This document shows positions 1 to 12,360 of a stretch of 64,000 nucleotides of DNA, piece by piece. Where the stretch lies: the NCBI GenBank assembly GCA_015680685.1, contig MNCI01000690.1, positions 274,487-338,486 of the forward strand, written 5' to 3'. The notes under the pieces were generated by a model, which did not search any database, was not told where the DNA came from, and was given only the letters and a program-made list of their open reading frames with translations. This DNA is from Gnetum montanum (Eukaryota > Plantae > Gnetophyta). The position numbers and the translations under genes are program-made. Within the stretch, counting starts at the first letter, position 1. Every line of letters begins with the position of its first letter.

Positions 1-562
1 CCACGTATGATCTTTATACTTGGTTCGTTAAAAATACTAAACACTTCCTGATCTACAACATCTCTGGCCATGTACCGAATGGCGTTACATCTTTATTCTT
101 CTTAGGTCTTGAGAGAATAATTATATGCAACTCTGATGCTACTACTGCTTCTACAACATCATCAGCATTTTCAATTCTGCATTCCCCATTTTTATGCAAC
201 CTCACATTTCTGACCTGTATAAATCTCTCCAATAGTGAGTTCTTTGGACCTATCCCAAAGAGATTGGTAGACTGAGGCGATTGCAATATTTAGATCTCTC
301 CTCAAATGTCTTGTCAGGACCTATCTGTTCCATGAAATGGCCAAANCCTTCGGATCTGACTTCTGGGATGCGTGGTTTAATTTAATCATACGAACCATTG
401 ATTCAAACTGAACAGGAATAGCCACTATATCCTACCCCCTTGTATTGAATTTTCCGCGTCATTCGTTCTTGTAACCCGGGTAACTCGTGTAGTTCGTTCC
501 TGTAAGCTCTCACCGATCTCAGCACTCCTCTGTGTATGAACAAGGTTGTGGTTGTCCCAAAG

Positions 563-1008
563 CTAGTGGAAACTTAAATTAGGAGGCATGCGTTCTGCAA
601 GGTCTTCCGAAAATCGTAACTGGTAACACCCATCGATTATAAGGGAAACCAAAGAGTTGAAAGAGGCAAAGTTGCCGACTGGTAGTAGCAGATGTGTTAG
701 GCCAACACATCCTCGGATTTCAAGCGCTTTAAGTTTCCTGAGGTCTGAAAACCCAACAATGCCCTTGAGGTTGGTACAATCGTGTACGACAAGATTTTCT
801 AGATTAAACAATCCTTGTATGTGGATTACTTCCACCATCCAACAATGTTCCACATGCAACCCTCCAAGACAAGAAAGATTCCCAAGTGAAGAGGGGAATT
901 GTTTCAAAGCAAGGCAACCAACAACTTGTAAGTGTTTTATTAAAGGCATCGGAGAATAGTGTGCCGGTCTTCCTATCTTGCAGTAGAAAGATTTAAATTT
1001 TGGATTTT
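563..1008 (-). pseudogene. C-terminal leucine-rich-repeat region of an NLR-type resistance gene, 5'-truncated by TE sequence
   Basis: ORF 563..949 has plant NLR LRR units (LKQFPSSLGNLSCLGGLHVEHC, LENLVVHDCTNLKGI, LRKLKALEIRGCVGLTHL, LVSLIIDGCYQL). The frame is open back to a TAA at ~1009 where TE-like sequence begins. CpGs are retained, unlike the rest of the window. Confidence 0.8.
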
Positions 1009-1391
1009 AGCACCAATGTATGTGTCTGGATAAGTTAAGGTTTTGGTAGTGTTCATGATTCTAGGCTCATTTTTGTCCGGATGCCAACAAGGGATGAAAT
1101 CCAATGGAATGGTATGATTTTTGCATATGGGCAACATGGTCCTTGGAAGGAGGCTCTACAACTTTTGTGTATTGGTTGGTTCAAGGATACAAGTTGAATA
1201 AGGCTTCTAAGATTTTGGGACATTCAACCATGCCTTTGTGGATGTGAACCAATTAGCAAAAGCCCTTCTATAATCAACATGGTAGACTTCAAGGTGAAGA
1301 AACAAAATCTCAAAAATCTCTTTTAAATCATTCAAAAAATCACCATAACCTTATAAAGCTTGTTCCATTGAATGGCCAAAATGTGCCAACA
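1000..1391 (-). mobile_element. Truncated LTR-like fragment (terminus TGTTGGCACA on -) abutting the RT of element A
   Basis: Element A RT reading stops exactly after KDDFPLPS at 1392 and is followed on - by TGTTGG..., a typical LTR 5' terminus. No partner LTR is in the window. Confidence 0.5.
1042..1170 (+). pseudogene. PLS-class pentatricopeptide repeat (PPR) gene fragment
   Basis: Manual translation FGSVHDSRLIFVRMPTRDEIQWNGMIFAYGQHGPWKEALQLL matches the PLS PPR consensus [42 protein letters not shown]. Flanked by stops. Confidence 0.75.
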
Positions 1392-2015
1392 GCTAGGTAG
1401 TGGGAAGTCGTCCTTTATAGTGGCTATGTTTAAATCACAGAAGTCAATGCAAATGCGTATACTACCATTCTTCTTAGGAACAACTACAATGTTTGATACC
1501 TACTCAGAATAGTCAACAGCCTGGATGAAATCGGCTTGGTAGAGCTTTTTGATTTTAGCACGGACTACTAAAGCCACCTCAGGTCTAACTTTTCATGCTT
1601 TTTGTTTCACTAGTTTAATTTTTTCATCAAGGATGATACTGTGTTGGATGATTCAGGGGTCTAATCCTGGCATGTTGGTATATGAACATGCAAATGTTTT
1701 AATGTTGTCTTTCAGTACTTGAGTGATGTCGTTGACAAGTTGTGATTCTAGTAGGGCACTTAATTTCAATGTTCTGGTTTCACAGTCGGATGTAGTTATG
1801 GGGACCTCAACAAGAGGATCTTTGGTGATATTATTAGCCTCTAGATCTAAAGTCTTGGCCACGTTTTTAGGCCAGGTCGATATTTCTTGAGTAGAAGCTA
1901 CTGAGTTAGTATAAGCGCATGGGTCTAGATCCAAGGATTCTGGATTGATTACCCTTTTAACCTCCCCGTATGGTCCACTAAGGGATAGTGTTGAAAGGAT
2001 ATTCTTGGTGGCCAT
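1392..2015 (-). pseudogene. Element A pol N-terminus (reverse transcriptase start)
   Basis: VLKDNIKTFACSYTNMPGLDP*IIQH...VSNIVVVPKKNGSIRICIDFCDLNIATIKDDFPLP is a Tat-type RT start. Confidence 0.9.
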
Positions 2016-2637
2016 GTGCTTGCTCCTACCAATTTAAACCAAGAGCAAAGTGAGTGACTCTTGCTTGATGAAGGATCATTTAAGTGTAAACGGGCATTAG
2101 ATAACTAATTTATGTACTAATGAAATTGTAGAATGTAACGATCATCATGGCAGTTTTAGGCCATACTGGGCCATGTGATATTCATGTTAACTTGTCATTC
2201 TAAATGAGTGTATGCAGTATTTTTGATTTTTAAATTTTTGTGTGAACAATAATTTTACGAGGCTTTAAAATTTTATGGATTTTATAAATATTCATATATG
2301 TATATATATATATATATATATATTGATTTTAACTTTTCATCCCTTCCTTTGCATAATAATAACTTTCTTTGGCTTCATCTCCAGAGGCTAGAATGATGAG
2401 GAATATAGACCAACATAAAACAAAGATGACATAAATGAAAACAAATTTTAAACATGGTGAAATTTAAATAAAATAAAATAAAATAAAATAAGAGAAAATA
2501 AAATAGAATTTTATGGGTTTAAAAGGGGGTTTTGAAGTGAGGGGAGGGGGTTTTTTGCTACGTGAGTTCTTGGACTGCAACGACTCTAGGAGTGCAGCAT
2601 GAGCTATAGTGTCAACGTCAGTGTGAGCAAGGCAACC

Positions 2638-5600
2638 ATGAAGGACAAGGGCAGAAGAAAGGCAAGGTGAGACAAAGGGAAGAGGCAAGCAGATCTGGTG
2701 TTTGTGGAGGAGGGTGAAGAGCTTACATAGGTAGATTTATTTTCTCCTGCCTTTCCCCAGTATTTATGATCTGCGTTACCCAGGATAGAATTTTATGGCT
2801 ATGATTTTGGGGTTGTTTCAAGGTTTGTCTAGGATTTGTGGCATAAGCATGAATTCTTAGGGCATGTGTGCAGGGTGTCATGGGTTCCAGGGATATCCTG
2901 CACAATGTGAGCTTTTGGGGCTTCCTGCAGTGCAAGCTTTTTTAACTTTCTTGGGCATCTTGGATCACAGGGTTTTTGGGCTTTCTTGAGCATCCTGGGT
3001 CACAAGGTTTTTAGGCTTTCTTGGGACTTGAGCACTAGGTTTCCTAGTAGCGTGAGTGCCAGGAGAAGCAAAAGCCATCGTGAATGCAGGGGAAGGCTAG
3101 TTTTCTTTTTGCTTGCAGCATGAGCCATGTTATTGGGAGGTTTCTAGCATCAATTTTTTTCTTTTCTTGTGCCAACATGAACAAAAATTTCTCTGGGCAG
3201 CGTGAGCTGCCTATTCCTAGCATGAGTGGCTAAACAGGCCCCAATGTGAGTGTGGGTGAATAGGCCCCAACGTGAGCATGGGTGAACAAGCCCCACCATG
3301 AGCGTGAGTTCAGAACATCAACGTGAGCAGCGTTACAGGGGGAGAAGAGGAGTTTTCAGCATGACTACCAAGGTCTTGGGTAATGTGAGCACATTCCCAG
3401 GGCAAGCTGTAGGTTTCCAGCGTGAGTTTGCAAGTTCCAACATGAGTTGGAATGTAAGAACCCAATGTGAGTTTAACACTAGGGCAGTTCCCAGCATGAG
3501 CTGCCAAGGATGCCCAGCATGAGCTAGAATGTGAAGATGTGTGTTGTTTGTTGGGATGCACATTACTTGCTGGTTTCATGTTTATTTGTTTATTTGTTTT
3601 CCTGAGATGGATTATTTAAACCTTGCTTCAATCAGTGTTTATGTTATGTACTTTTGTGTGGGTTTCTTGTGAAATGGATTTCAATGTACCCCATTGAGCG
3701 TCAGATACACTAAATGAATATTGGTGTCCTTGTCTCATGGGGTGGAACTGTGTATTTTTTTTATGTGTGTTTTTTTTGTTTATGTGATTTTGACCTATTG
3801 TTAGCACTTACCTAATGTTTTTGACTATATGCAAGGGACCTAAACCTTCTCTTCTCGTAGTTGAGCTTGTTGGTGTACTTACTTGGTTTGGCCCCTTTGG
3901 ACCGAACACACCTCCCTATGACATGTGCATTAGGCCCCATGTGATATGGTTCCACCATGGTGTCAGTTCATTTTTGTCATTTATCCTGCAAAATTTTAGT
4001 GTGGTTATATGGTCTCACCTGAGTGATCAGTTGGGTCATGATGTTATTGAGACCGTGTTACCCAGGTCTACATAAAGCATGCTCGCCTTTGTTACCAACA
4101 TAGATGAGGGACTTTTTAGAGTTGAGGGAGGCCCTACTGAGGGTCCTAGATCTACTCATCCCTTGACTTTGTGTGGGAGCTACCTACTTGTAGTCATTAC
4201 AACAGCAGCAACACACTTTTCTTAGCCTTCCGTGTGCACACTCTATTCCAAAACCCACTTGGGACAATATATAAAGTAGACAGGTATGCATTCTTGTGTC
4301 TTACTTTAATTTTTGATTCCTTTTTAAATTTTATGTCATCATCTAAATGTAAATGTTGTTTTCCTGTGCAGGCCTCATTTTGATGAGAATGGGATGCACG
4401 ATGATGATGTTGGGCTTTCCTTAGTGTGCATAGCGCTAAAGACATTCATGGCAGGCCCCATTCCTCGTGCCGTAGTACTGGACCAAATAAAAGTGGCTAT
4501 TGTTGACTACCATAGGCAATTTTCAAGAGCTTTTGAATGTTGCTAAGTTCGTAGTTGGTTACATAAGGATTGGTCTTCTAATGGGCCAATTTTCCCTCAA
4601 AGGATTGATCCTGCACCCACCCCACCTACACCATTCACAGATGGTAAGTGACCACACTCTAGACTCCATTATCCTTTTTGTTGCATCATCGTGTACTATG
4701 CTCTTTTTTAACTCTTCACTTTATGTTTTTCTTTTACAGCAGCCATCATCCTCGAAGAAGTTACCATTATAACAGGGCATACTGAGGCCACACTTTTTAC
4801 AAAATATGGGACGATAGAGTAGTTGCAAAAATGGTTGCAGAAGAAAGCTTCTGATTTGATCATCAACCACCTTACCCGGGTAGGTCTGATGGACTTGTTC
4901 ACAGCTTTGACTCCTAGCATTCCATCTACTGAGATGGTCACCATTGTTGATTCTTTCAGTGATGATGCTTCCCATTTTATCACACGGGTTCAAGGAGTCA
5001 AGGTATCTTTCCACCTGACCACTAAGTTCCTTTCTAATCTTTTTGGTATGCCCATGGATGGTGCCATGGTGACCATAGATAAAGCAACTAAACACGAACA
5101 AGTCATAAGAGAGCTTGAGTAGTGGTTAGGCATGTCTTGGGGTCCTAAGGACTTTGCCATGCGAGATGATACCTGATCAATGGAGATGAACTTCCTGTAT
5201 CCTCTCTTCTGGGCATGGGCATTCCCCAAATCTTTTTCTCAAGGAAGAAACCTTAGGATTAAGTCCACACATGTGATACGTGCAGTTTTAGAGATGGGCA
5301 TGTGCTATAACTAAGCACATTTTCTCGGATCTGGTTTTCATGGAGAGATTTTTAGGTTATGTTCAAACATCCATACTAAATCCCATTTTACATTTGCTTC
5401 CTTCGCAGGGTACCTACGTAGGTTTTCTGAGTTCCTAGTAGTTTATGATGATAACCACTATATTTTGAGGGATCGTTCACAACTGTCCTACCCTTGGATT
5501 CGCCATTTTTTTAGCACCACTAGATCCCAAGATCCACCAGAAGACATCGAGGAATTAGTATCAGTCACTACTGGGGGTGCCGCTAGCCATTCCCATCATT

Positions 5601-7564
5601 CCCATGATAGCTTGGGATTGGAACCACCTAGGCTATGCACGTCTATTAAAAGAGATGAACGTTTGATTGGTGAGATTGTTAGGAAGTCTAAAGCAAAGGT
5701 GAAGAGGAAAGAATGCCCAAGGGAGCCTCCTCTAGATGTGATACCACCAAGAGCAAAGAAGATCTGGTTTGTATTGCTAGTGGAGGGTAAGTAGTTTATT
5801 TTATTGTTAAATATTTATTTTTATTTATTGTTTTGGCTTATATGTTATTAAAAGTACATATATGCTATGTGATACTAACTCTAGGATTCTGGTATTATTC
5901 AGAGGAAAGTCCCGAGAGGGAGAGAGAGGTCATGGCCCTAATGGTTGAACTAGAAGCAATCATCACAGGACCTGAGGAGGAAGGAAAAGAAGGGGAAGAA
6001 GAAATTGAGGAACTTTAGCTTTGCAAGAGGAAGATGTGCCAAGCATCGTAGGGATGAAGCTTGTGGAGGCCTTGGATGCACTTAGGAATTTGAGTAATGA
6101 AAGAGATGTCCTCGATGGTTTCTTTGATGGCTCTTTGCAACTGGGTGATACGCCTAGGCTAAACAACAAAGGGCTTTTTGGTATGTTCCCTTTAGCTCAA
6201 TCCATATTCTGTCCTTTAATTTTCATGCGTTGTTCTTGATTATCTTGATTATTTTTAGCATCAAAAGTAGATGCTAAAATTTCTGAGGCACATACATCCT
6301 AGGCAGCGACGTCAGGATCACAAGTTCTAATTGAAGATACCTCCCCTACTCAGACCACATCAACTAACCTGCTAAGGCCATGGCCTGAGATGCCTAGCAA
6401 AATGGACTTTGTTAAGGGCATTGTTAATGATGTGGTCGCTCACCTACGAGAAGCTCATCCAGAACTAGGTATGTGTACATTACATGTCATGCCAAGTGTC
6501 TAGTTTCATTTGTGTTTCTTTGTGTTCATTGTTGATTATAGATGATTCATGTGTGCGGTATTTACACCTGCAAGTGCCAAGCTTCAGTGGGATCCTTATG
6601 AAGCCACTCATATCGATGCTCTCCCTAAACTTCTAGGGAATATTGAGCAAGTCCCTAAGAAGTTTTATGATGTAGTTTTCGGTTGCGTCGTATAGAATGC
6701 CAAATTACTTTGTACTTGTAGGTGTTTGGTTGAATATCTATGGGATGAGGTGCATTCATTGAAGGAAGCACTAGTGAAGGAAACAGAGGAGAAGAGGGAT
6801 CTCCAATCCCGTTACAATTTTTCCACTGCTAGGTTTTCTGATGATAGCACTTGGCGCACATCTGAAATCACCTATGCATGTTACTAGATAGTTTTGAATA
6901 GCAAAGTGCAGGTGACACAGGATCTAGCAGAACAAAGAGCACAAATGGATTTTCTGAACAGGAAGTGTCATGATTGGAAATCCTTTGCTACCAAAGTATG
7001 GAAATGGGGCCAAGACCAAAAGGACCACAAGCATCAATATAAGAAATGGTTAAGGGAAGAGTCAATTGAACATCACCAGATGGAGATGTTCATCGATGGG
7101 TTAGGCTTACAGTCTACTTATGATAGATTTTCCGAGGGCATTGAGGTGGAGGGATCTCCCGAGAGAACCATTACTACTACCTCCAGGGAGGCTTCAATAG
7201 GCATGTTCTCTTTGAAGCACCCTACCTGGACTTCAGTGGACAAGGGGAAAACTTTGGCTGGTATTGATCTTGGCCTGGAGGAGGATTGGGCAAATGTGCC
7301 CGAGGAGGAGATTCTACAATGTTTGGAGGCCAACTTAGGGCCCTCCTCACTCATGAGTGTTTTATTATTTATTTTTGTATGGTTTTACTATTTTCATTGT
7401 TAGTGTTACTGTTTTTCTTAGTTTTTCATTTATGATTTTCTTCACTACTCTTACCTATTTTTTTGTTTTCTGCCTTCTTATAGGGACATGTTAATGATGG
7501 AGCTAGCCCCAGTGGAGCGAGAGTGGATGATGAAGAGGATCTTGGGGACTAGCCCCCTCCATGA
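2638..7564 (+). pseudogene. Element A antisense 8-exon accessory gene (FCP1-like pseudo-phosphatase + transposon-protein domain + acidic + coiled coil)
   Basis: GT-AG introns inferred at ~2731-3835, 4284-4371, 4644-4739, 5787-5902, 6181-6258, 6469-6541, ~7353-7483 (last donor mutated). Exon peptides are homologous to those in B and C. Confidence 0.8.
3045..3525. repeat. AGCGTGAG-type motif cluster in intron 1 of the element A antisense gene
   Basis: Many copies of agcgtgag / agcatgag / aacgtgag / aatgtgag (CpG-deamination variants). Confidence 0.8.
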
Positions 7565-7924
7565 GCTTATTGTTAATCAGACTTTGGCTATTAAATGTTT
7601 TGGATTTTTGGATATTTGATGGAAATGTATGGTTGACAAGTGTAATAATATGGATCTAATTATGCCATAACGTGTTGGAATTTTACCACCATGTTGACGT
7701 ATCATTTGTTTTTTGTGTTTGCTCTTTTTATTTATTTTTTTTTTCAAGTATTATCATGAACATATGCATGTACCTAAATGTAAAATGGAGGAACAAAATG
7801 TAAATCAACACTTGTAAAAGAGGAAAGTAACGAGAAGGCATAGATCGAGACTGCAACTTATATCATTTAAACGAAAATTTGACATAACATAGTGAATGTT
7901 TGTAAACTTGCGACATATTGAACC

Positions 7925-8165
7925 CTAGTTTAAAGCCATTTCGAGCTATGCACATTAGTTTAAAGTCGTGGTGGACTGTTGCATCTATTGTCAAAGAAAG
8001 AAGGATTACCAATTTTATGCCATAGTGAGCCAAAAGAAACAACAGTTTTAGAAAGCTTTTAAGAGGAACCGACCATTTCTGACCATGGCTAGTTTATCAT
8101 CATTGCAAATGTTCGCTGGTAGTTTAACATCATACTAGATAATTGGTAGTTTAATGTCATTCCGA
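7925..8165 (-). repeat. Hairpin-TAAACTRG motif copies downstream of the element A gag-PR stop
   Basis: On -: AGCT-CGAAAT-GGCT-TTAAACTAG, AGTC-CACCAC-GACT-TTAAACTA and several degenerate copies. Confidence 0.7.
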
Positions 8166-8182
8166 ACATTTAGTGATTCGCT

Positions 8183-11100
8183 CTAGTTATTGAGTTGCCT
8201 CTTAATATTTTGTAGCTTAATGTGAGGGGTTGGGCATGTAGGTATGATCTTATACTCACCGTCCCCTTCACTGGTGATGTCAAAGGGTAATTTCAACCAA
8301 GAGACATCAATGGGAATGGCTCCTATGTTTGTGTTGTCTGGTGTTTCCTCAGTTTCAGTAGGGTTGTGAGTTAACATTGGGTTCATGTCTTAAAGCATGC
8401 TCATAGTTCCTTGCTTAGGCTCAACTAACTCAATTTCTGACTCTTGATCCACTCCAGGGTGTGAGGAAGTAAGCGATATTGTTGTATCCCCATGTATGAT
8501 GATTTCACCGCCCTCGTAAGGTAGTTGGATCTCCTAATGGATCGGTGAGGATACGGCTCTAAGTTGAGCTAGCCAAGGACGTCCTAAAATCAGATTAAAC
8601 CCTGGCATTTTGTCAACCACTACAAATGTAGCTGATGTGGGGAATTGGTCCCTAGCTATGAAATCTAAGGTAATCGTACCTTTCACCCCAACATGGGAAC
8701 CATTGAAGGATTTTAGAAAAGAAGTTTTCATGGGCTGTATTTGTTTAGTAAGTCCCAATTTTTTGATGACCAAAAAGGATATTACATTCTTTGCTGCACC
8801 TTCATCAACATGCACCCTAAGTATCTTGAAATGGTTAACTTGTATTGTTATGAACATAGGGGCTATTGTGACTTCTCTTGTTTTCTCATCTAGCTTAATG
8901 TCATTAGTATGAAACTCTAGGGATGTAGTCTTTGATTCTTGATGTTGAGGAGACAATACTGCATAAATGGATGGTTCATCTGTAGGAAGATCCTCACTAA
9001 TAGGGATCGAAGTCAACATCATATGAGAGCTTCTCGATTACGAAGATATTACTAGGTCATATAGACTTAAAGAAGTATTTTTTTGTTTCAATGCTTGTGT
9101 GACCTGGGTCAATGCGCTTGCTAGGTCTTTACCGTTTGGGGCACCCTTTTCTGTAGAGATTTGGTCCATTTGACCTAACATTCATATTTCTCGTGGAGGG
9201 ATTTTTGCATTGGTAACCAAGGATGTTGGGTTCAGGACACAACCTGTGACATTATCCTCATTTTGATAACTCATACTAGGCTCATTAATGGGTGGACCGA
9301 TAAAAACAGCGTTTAGCAGTATGGGCTTTGGTGGTCCTAATTTGTGCTGATGGTTTTCTCTTTCCAGGTACTCTCTTATTAGTCTATTGGCAAGATGTTC
9401 TCATAGAGGTCGCGGGGGAACGAAGGTGGGTTGTGTGTTAGGGTATTTTGGCACCCGGATCACAAAGGGAATGGGTTGGTTTTCATATGATGTGGTTTTT
9501 GCTATAATAGAAGGAGGTACATGGATGACGAATGGTTTTTGTGGTGTAGGGGATGTGCATATGATGAAAGGGGTTTGAGGAGATGTTGGGATAGGTGTAT
9601 TTTCTAAAGGCCTACGAATCATAAATGGGTTTCATGGGACGTCTGGTCTGTTCTCCACATTGATGGTATTAATCACATACGGTGCATCATTAGTATTGAA
9701 AGAATCCTTGTAGACTCTCATGGGTTGGTTTTCAGGTCTTACTAGGTTTGCCTCATTGAATACTACGTCACCCCTATCAATCATGTGTTGTATATCATGT
9801 TTCAAGGTGAAACAGCAATCAGTCCCATGACCACACCATTGGTGATATTCACAAAACCTATCCAACCTAAAGCCTCTTGGAATGGGGGGCTCATTAGCTG
9901 TTGCTAGAGCTGGGTTCTTGGCCAACTCACAAAATTGATCATGTTTTTGAGAGGCCGTAGGAAACATTTGTTTATGTTGGATTAAACCAACCTTTAGAAG
10001 TTGATCAAGAAATTGTGAAGGCTTCATAGGTAAGGGTGTATATTGAGCGGGGTCTTTTCTTTTGAATGTACGGGCATGACCCATGTTGGTGTTTCTATTT
10101 GATAAAGGTTCATGTGTAGATGCAGGTGTGTTTATTTCATAGCCATTTGGGATAGTGGGCTATTTTTCCTTTTGTCTTGGATGGTTATGTCAGGCTATCT
10201 CAGCCGCTACTGCTACCATTGTTTTGGATTTATCTTTCCTCATATGTTGGCTCCTAAAAGTTGAGTAAGCTCGGTCATTGCTTGTTTGTGTAGCCTCCTC
10301 TATGTCCTTAATTTTCACAAATGCTTGGCTCAAGGTACAGGCTTTCAAATAATAAAGTTTCAATTTAATAAAATCACTCACGACTACCTTAAGGATGGTA
10401 AGTAAATATGTTTCAAGGATGGGCTCGTGAAGTTCATTCAAGGCTACACTCCATCTTTGGATGAATTTCTATGCTGGCTCTAACGGCACTTATTTAATCT
10501 GAATCAAGCTATACAATGTTGCTTCAGGTTTTAGATTGTACTTGAAACAGGTGACAAACTGGTGCAACAAGTCCTCTAGAGAAGATATGGAGCTACAGGA
10601 TAAAGCTCAATACCAATCTAGGGCTTTTCTCATTAAGGACATAGCAAACACATGTAGAATTACATGAGGCCATGCTTGAAGCAATAGACATTCTATTCGG
10701 AATGTCACTAGGTGGGAATTTGGGTCTCCCTCTCCATTGTACTTGGTTAGCTAGGGTAATAAGACTCCCTTTGGTAAGGTTAACGGTGGAACTGAGGGGT
10801 CGATTAGATCATCTTGATAGAAGTCTAGTACTTTGACTTCCTTGGTGTTTACAGTTTTGAGACACTTTAATTCTTCTGCTAATGAGTGCGTCATTCACTT
10901 TGTGTCTTCCCACTCTTAGATAGTAGGTAAACCAATGGATTGAATGGATTGTGATTGATAATAATTCGATTGTTGCATCATTTGTGGAAAGACAAATTGT
11001 TGGACTGTCGTTTGTTGCGATGGGACAACATTCGGGGTTGAGACTATGGGGTGTGGTACATTGTTGTGAGTAGACATGTTTTGCTATACAGATGGTGGAA

Positions 11101-11938
11101 CCCACTACCTAGCCACAGGTTATGAAGTGATACCCTGAATGTGTTGGGTTGAAGTAATCGATGGTGCCCTGTGGATTTGCACTTGAGGTATGTAATGGGT
11201 GGACGTGGAAGCTAGTATGACCGATGGCATCCCAATCACTTGAGGCTGAAAGGTCGATCCTGCATTAGTTTGGAGATGGAGTTGTTGGGACTATACTTGC
11301 AAAGGTATGATGGAAGTAGACGTATCAGATTGAATATTGAGCACGGAGAAGATGGGAATGGAAGCAAGTATCTCCTGTTAGGAAATTGGTGCTTAAGTGT
11401 TTGTGGATGAAGGAGGAAGCATAGTTTCTTCCAAAGAAGGATGGAATAATGAGTTTGTATGGGCATGGAGACTGACGGTATGGTATAAATCCCCATGTTC
11501 AGATTGGGCTGTGAAGTCATCTTCCTCATCTCCACTCTAAGGCTCTATTGGAGGTGGTTGTAAGGCTTGACTTCTTGCCATGAGAAGCTAGGATATGAGT
11601 CTATGATGGTGTTCGGAAAGAGGGATTATATCAAAAGTTAAGGGGATAAATTCATGACCTCCTTTATAAATGAGTTCATAGTCTCGCTTTGCTTCCCTTT
11701 CTACACGATAGATAGGCAAGTTGGCTTGGATCTTGACATAGATGAAGTTATACTGTTCAGGTGTGAGAGTTGCATAAGTAGGGTCTTTGCCCTGTAGCCT
11801 GAGTGACTGGTGCATAGGGCCTTGGGGGTTTATCTACTCAATAACAATTATGGGTTCCATAGCAGTTACAAGGTTTGAGGTTTCAGCTCTAAAGTCGGAG
11901 ATCCGAAATGTCACTGGGTTAATCTGGGAGGATTTCAT
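8183..11938 (-). pseudogene. Element A gag-protease
   Basis: HQSLRLQG N-terminal motif, KYNGEGDP capsid-like region, RFCEYHQWCGHGTDCCFTLKHDIQHMIDRG (Tat/Ogre C-x2-H-x3-GH-x3-C), protease RVHVDEGAAKNVI...FNLILGRPWL. Many stops and frameshifts. Confidence 0.9.
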
Positions 11939-11964
11939 AGTGAGTGTAAGTAAACTGGACTAGA

Positions 11965-12210
11965 TGAGCTGAGCATGAGCAATTGTAGCGTGAGTAGCTG
12001 CAGCGTGAGTACTACAGTGTGAGTAGTTACAGCATGAGTACTGCAGTGTGAGTACTGTAGCGTGAGTAGCTACAACGTGAGTACTGCAGCATGAGCAAGC
12101 TTACAGACAAGGTGAGTGACTGATAGCGTGAGAGACAATAAGCTAATAGCATGGGCAAGCTGATAGATAGCATGAGTGACTGATAACCTGAGTGGCTAAC
12201 AGCATGAGTA
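11965..12210. repeat. 14-15 bp tandem array (AGCGTGAGTA(G)CTRC) in the element A 5' leader
   Basis: tagcgtgagtagctgc agcgtgagtactac agtgtgagtagttac agcatgagtactgc ... directly visible. Confidence 0.9.
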
Positions 12211-12338
12211 GGTAAGGACAGAGTGGGTAAGTCAAGCTAAGCATGCACAAGTTAGCTTGACAAGCTGGGCTTTAGTTTTGTGCAGTATTTGGACAGGTAG
12301 TGTGATCCACGTTTTGGTAGATGATAAACAAGTCTAGT

Positions 12339-12354
12339 CCTCCTTCTAGCGCCA
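12339..12354 (-). promoter_or_regulatory. Primer binding site TGGCGCTAGAAGGAGG (complementary to plant tRNA-Asn 3' end)
   Basis: Exact 16-mer 6 nt inside the LTR end ...GGTCAGTACA. Confidence 0.85.
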
Positions 12355-12360
12355 ATTTAC

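Noticed and set aside
657-959. Plus-strand 100-aa ORF and other shadow ORFs opposite gag/pol
   Set aside because: Antisense shadows of recognisable coding sequence with no motif support.
2296-2322. (TA)n microsatellites (also ~35694-35711)
   Set aside because: Ordinary simple repeats.
2638-7564. Intact host gene interrupted by TEs
   Set aside because: Occurs at the same internal position in three separate elements and carries the same decay as the surrounding gag/pol, so it is element-borne and non-functional in these copies.
8254-8260. G|GTGAGT as the donor of a PR-RT intron in A
   Set aside because: Phase does not join the PR tail in frame to the acceptor at 2026, and the site is not evident in B and is altered in C. 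Left unresolved.
12339-12354. tRNA gene
   Set aside because: Only the 16-nt complement of a tRNA 3' end next to an LTR, i.e. a PBS; no cloverleaf.
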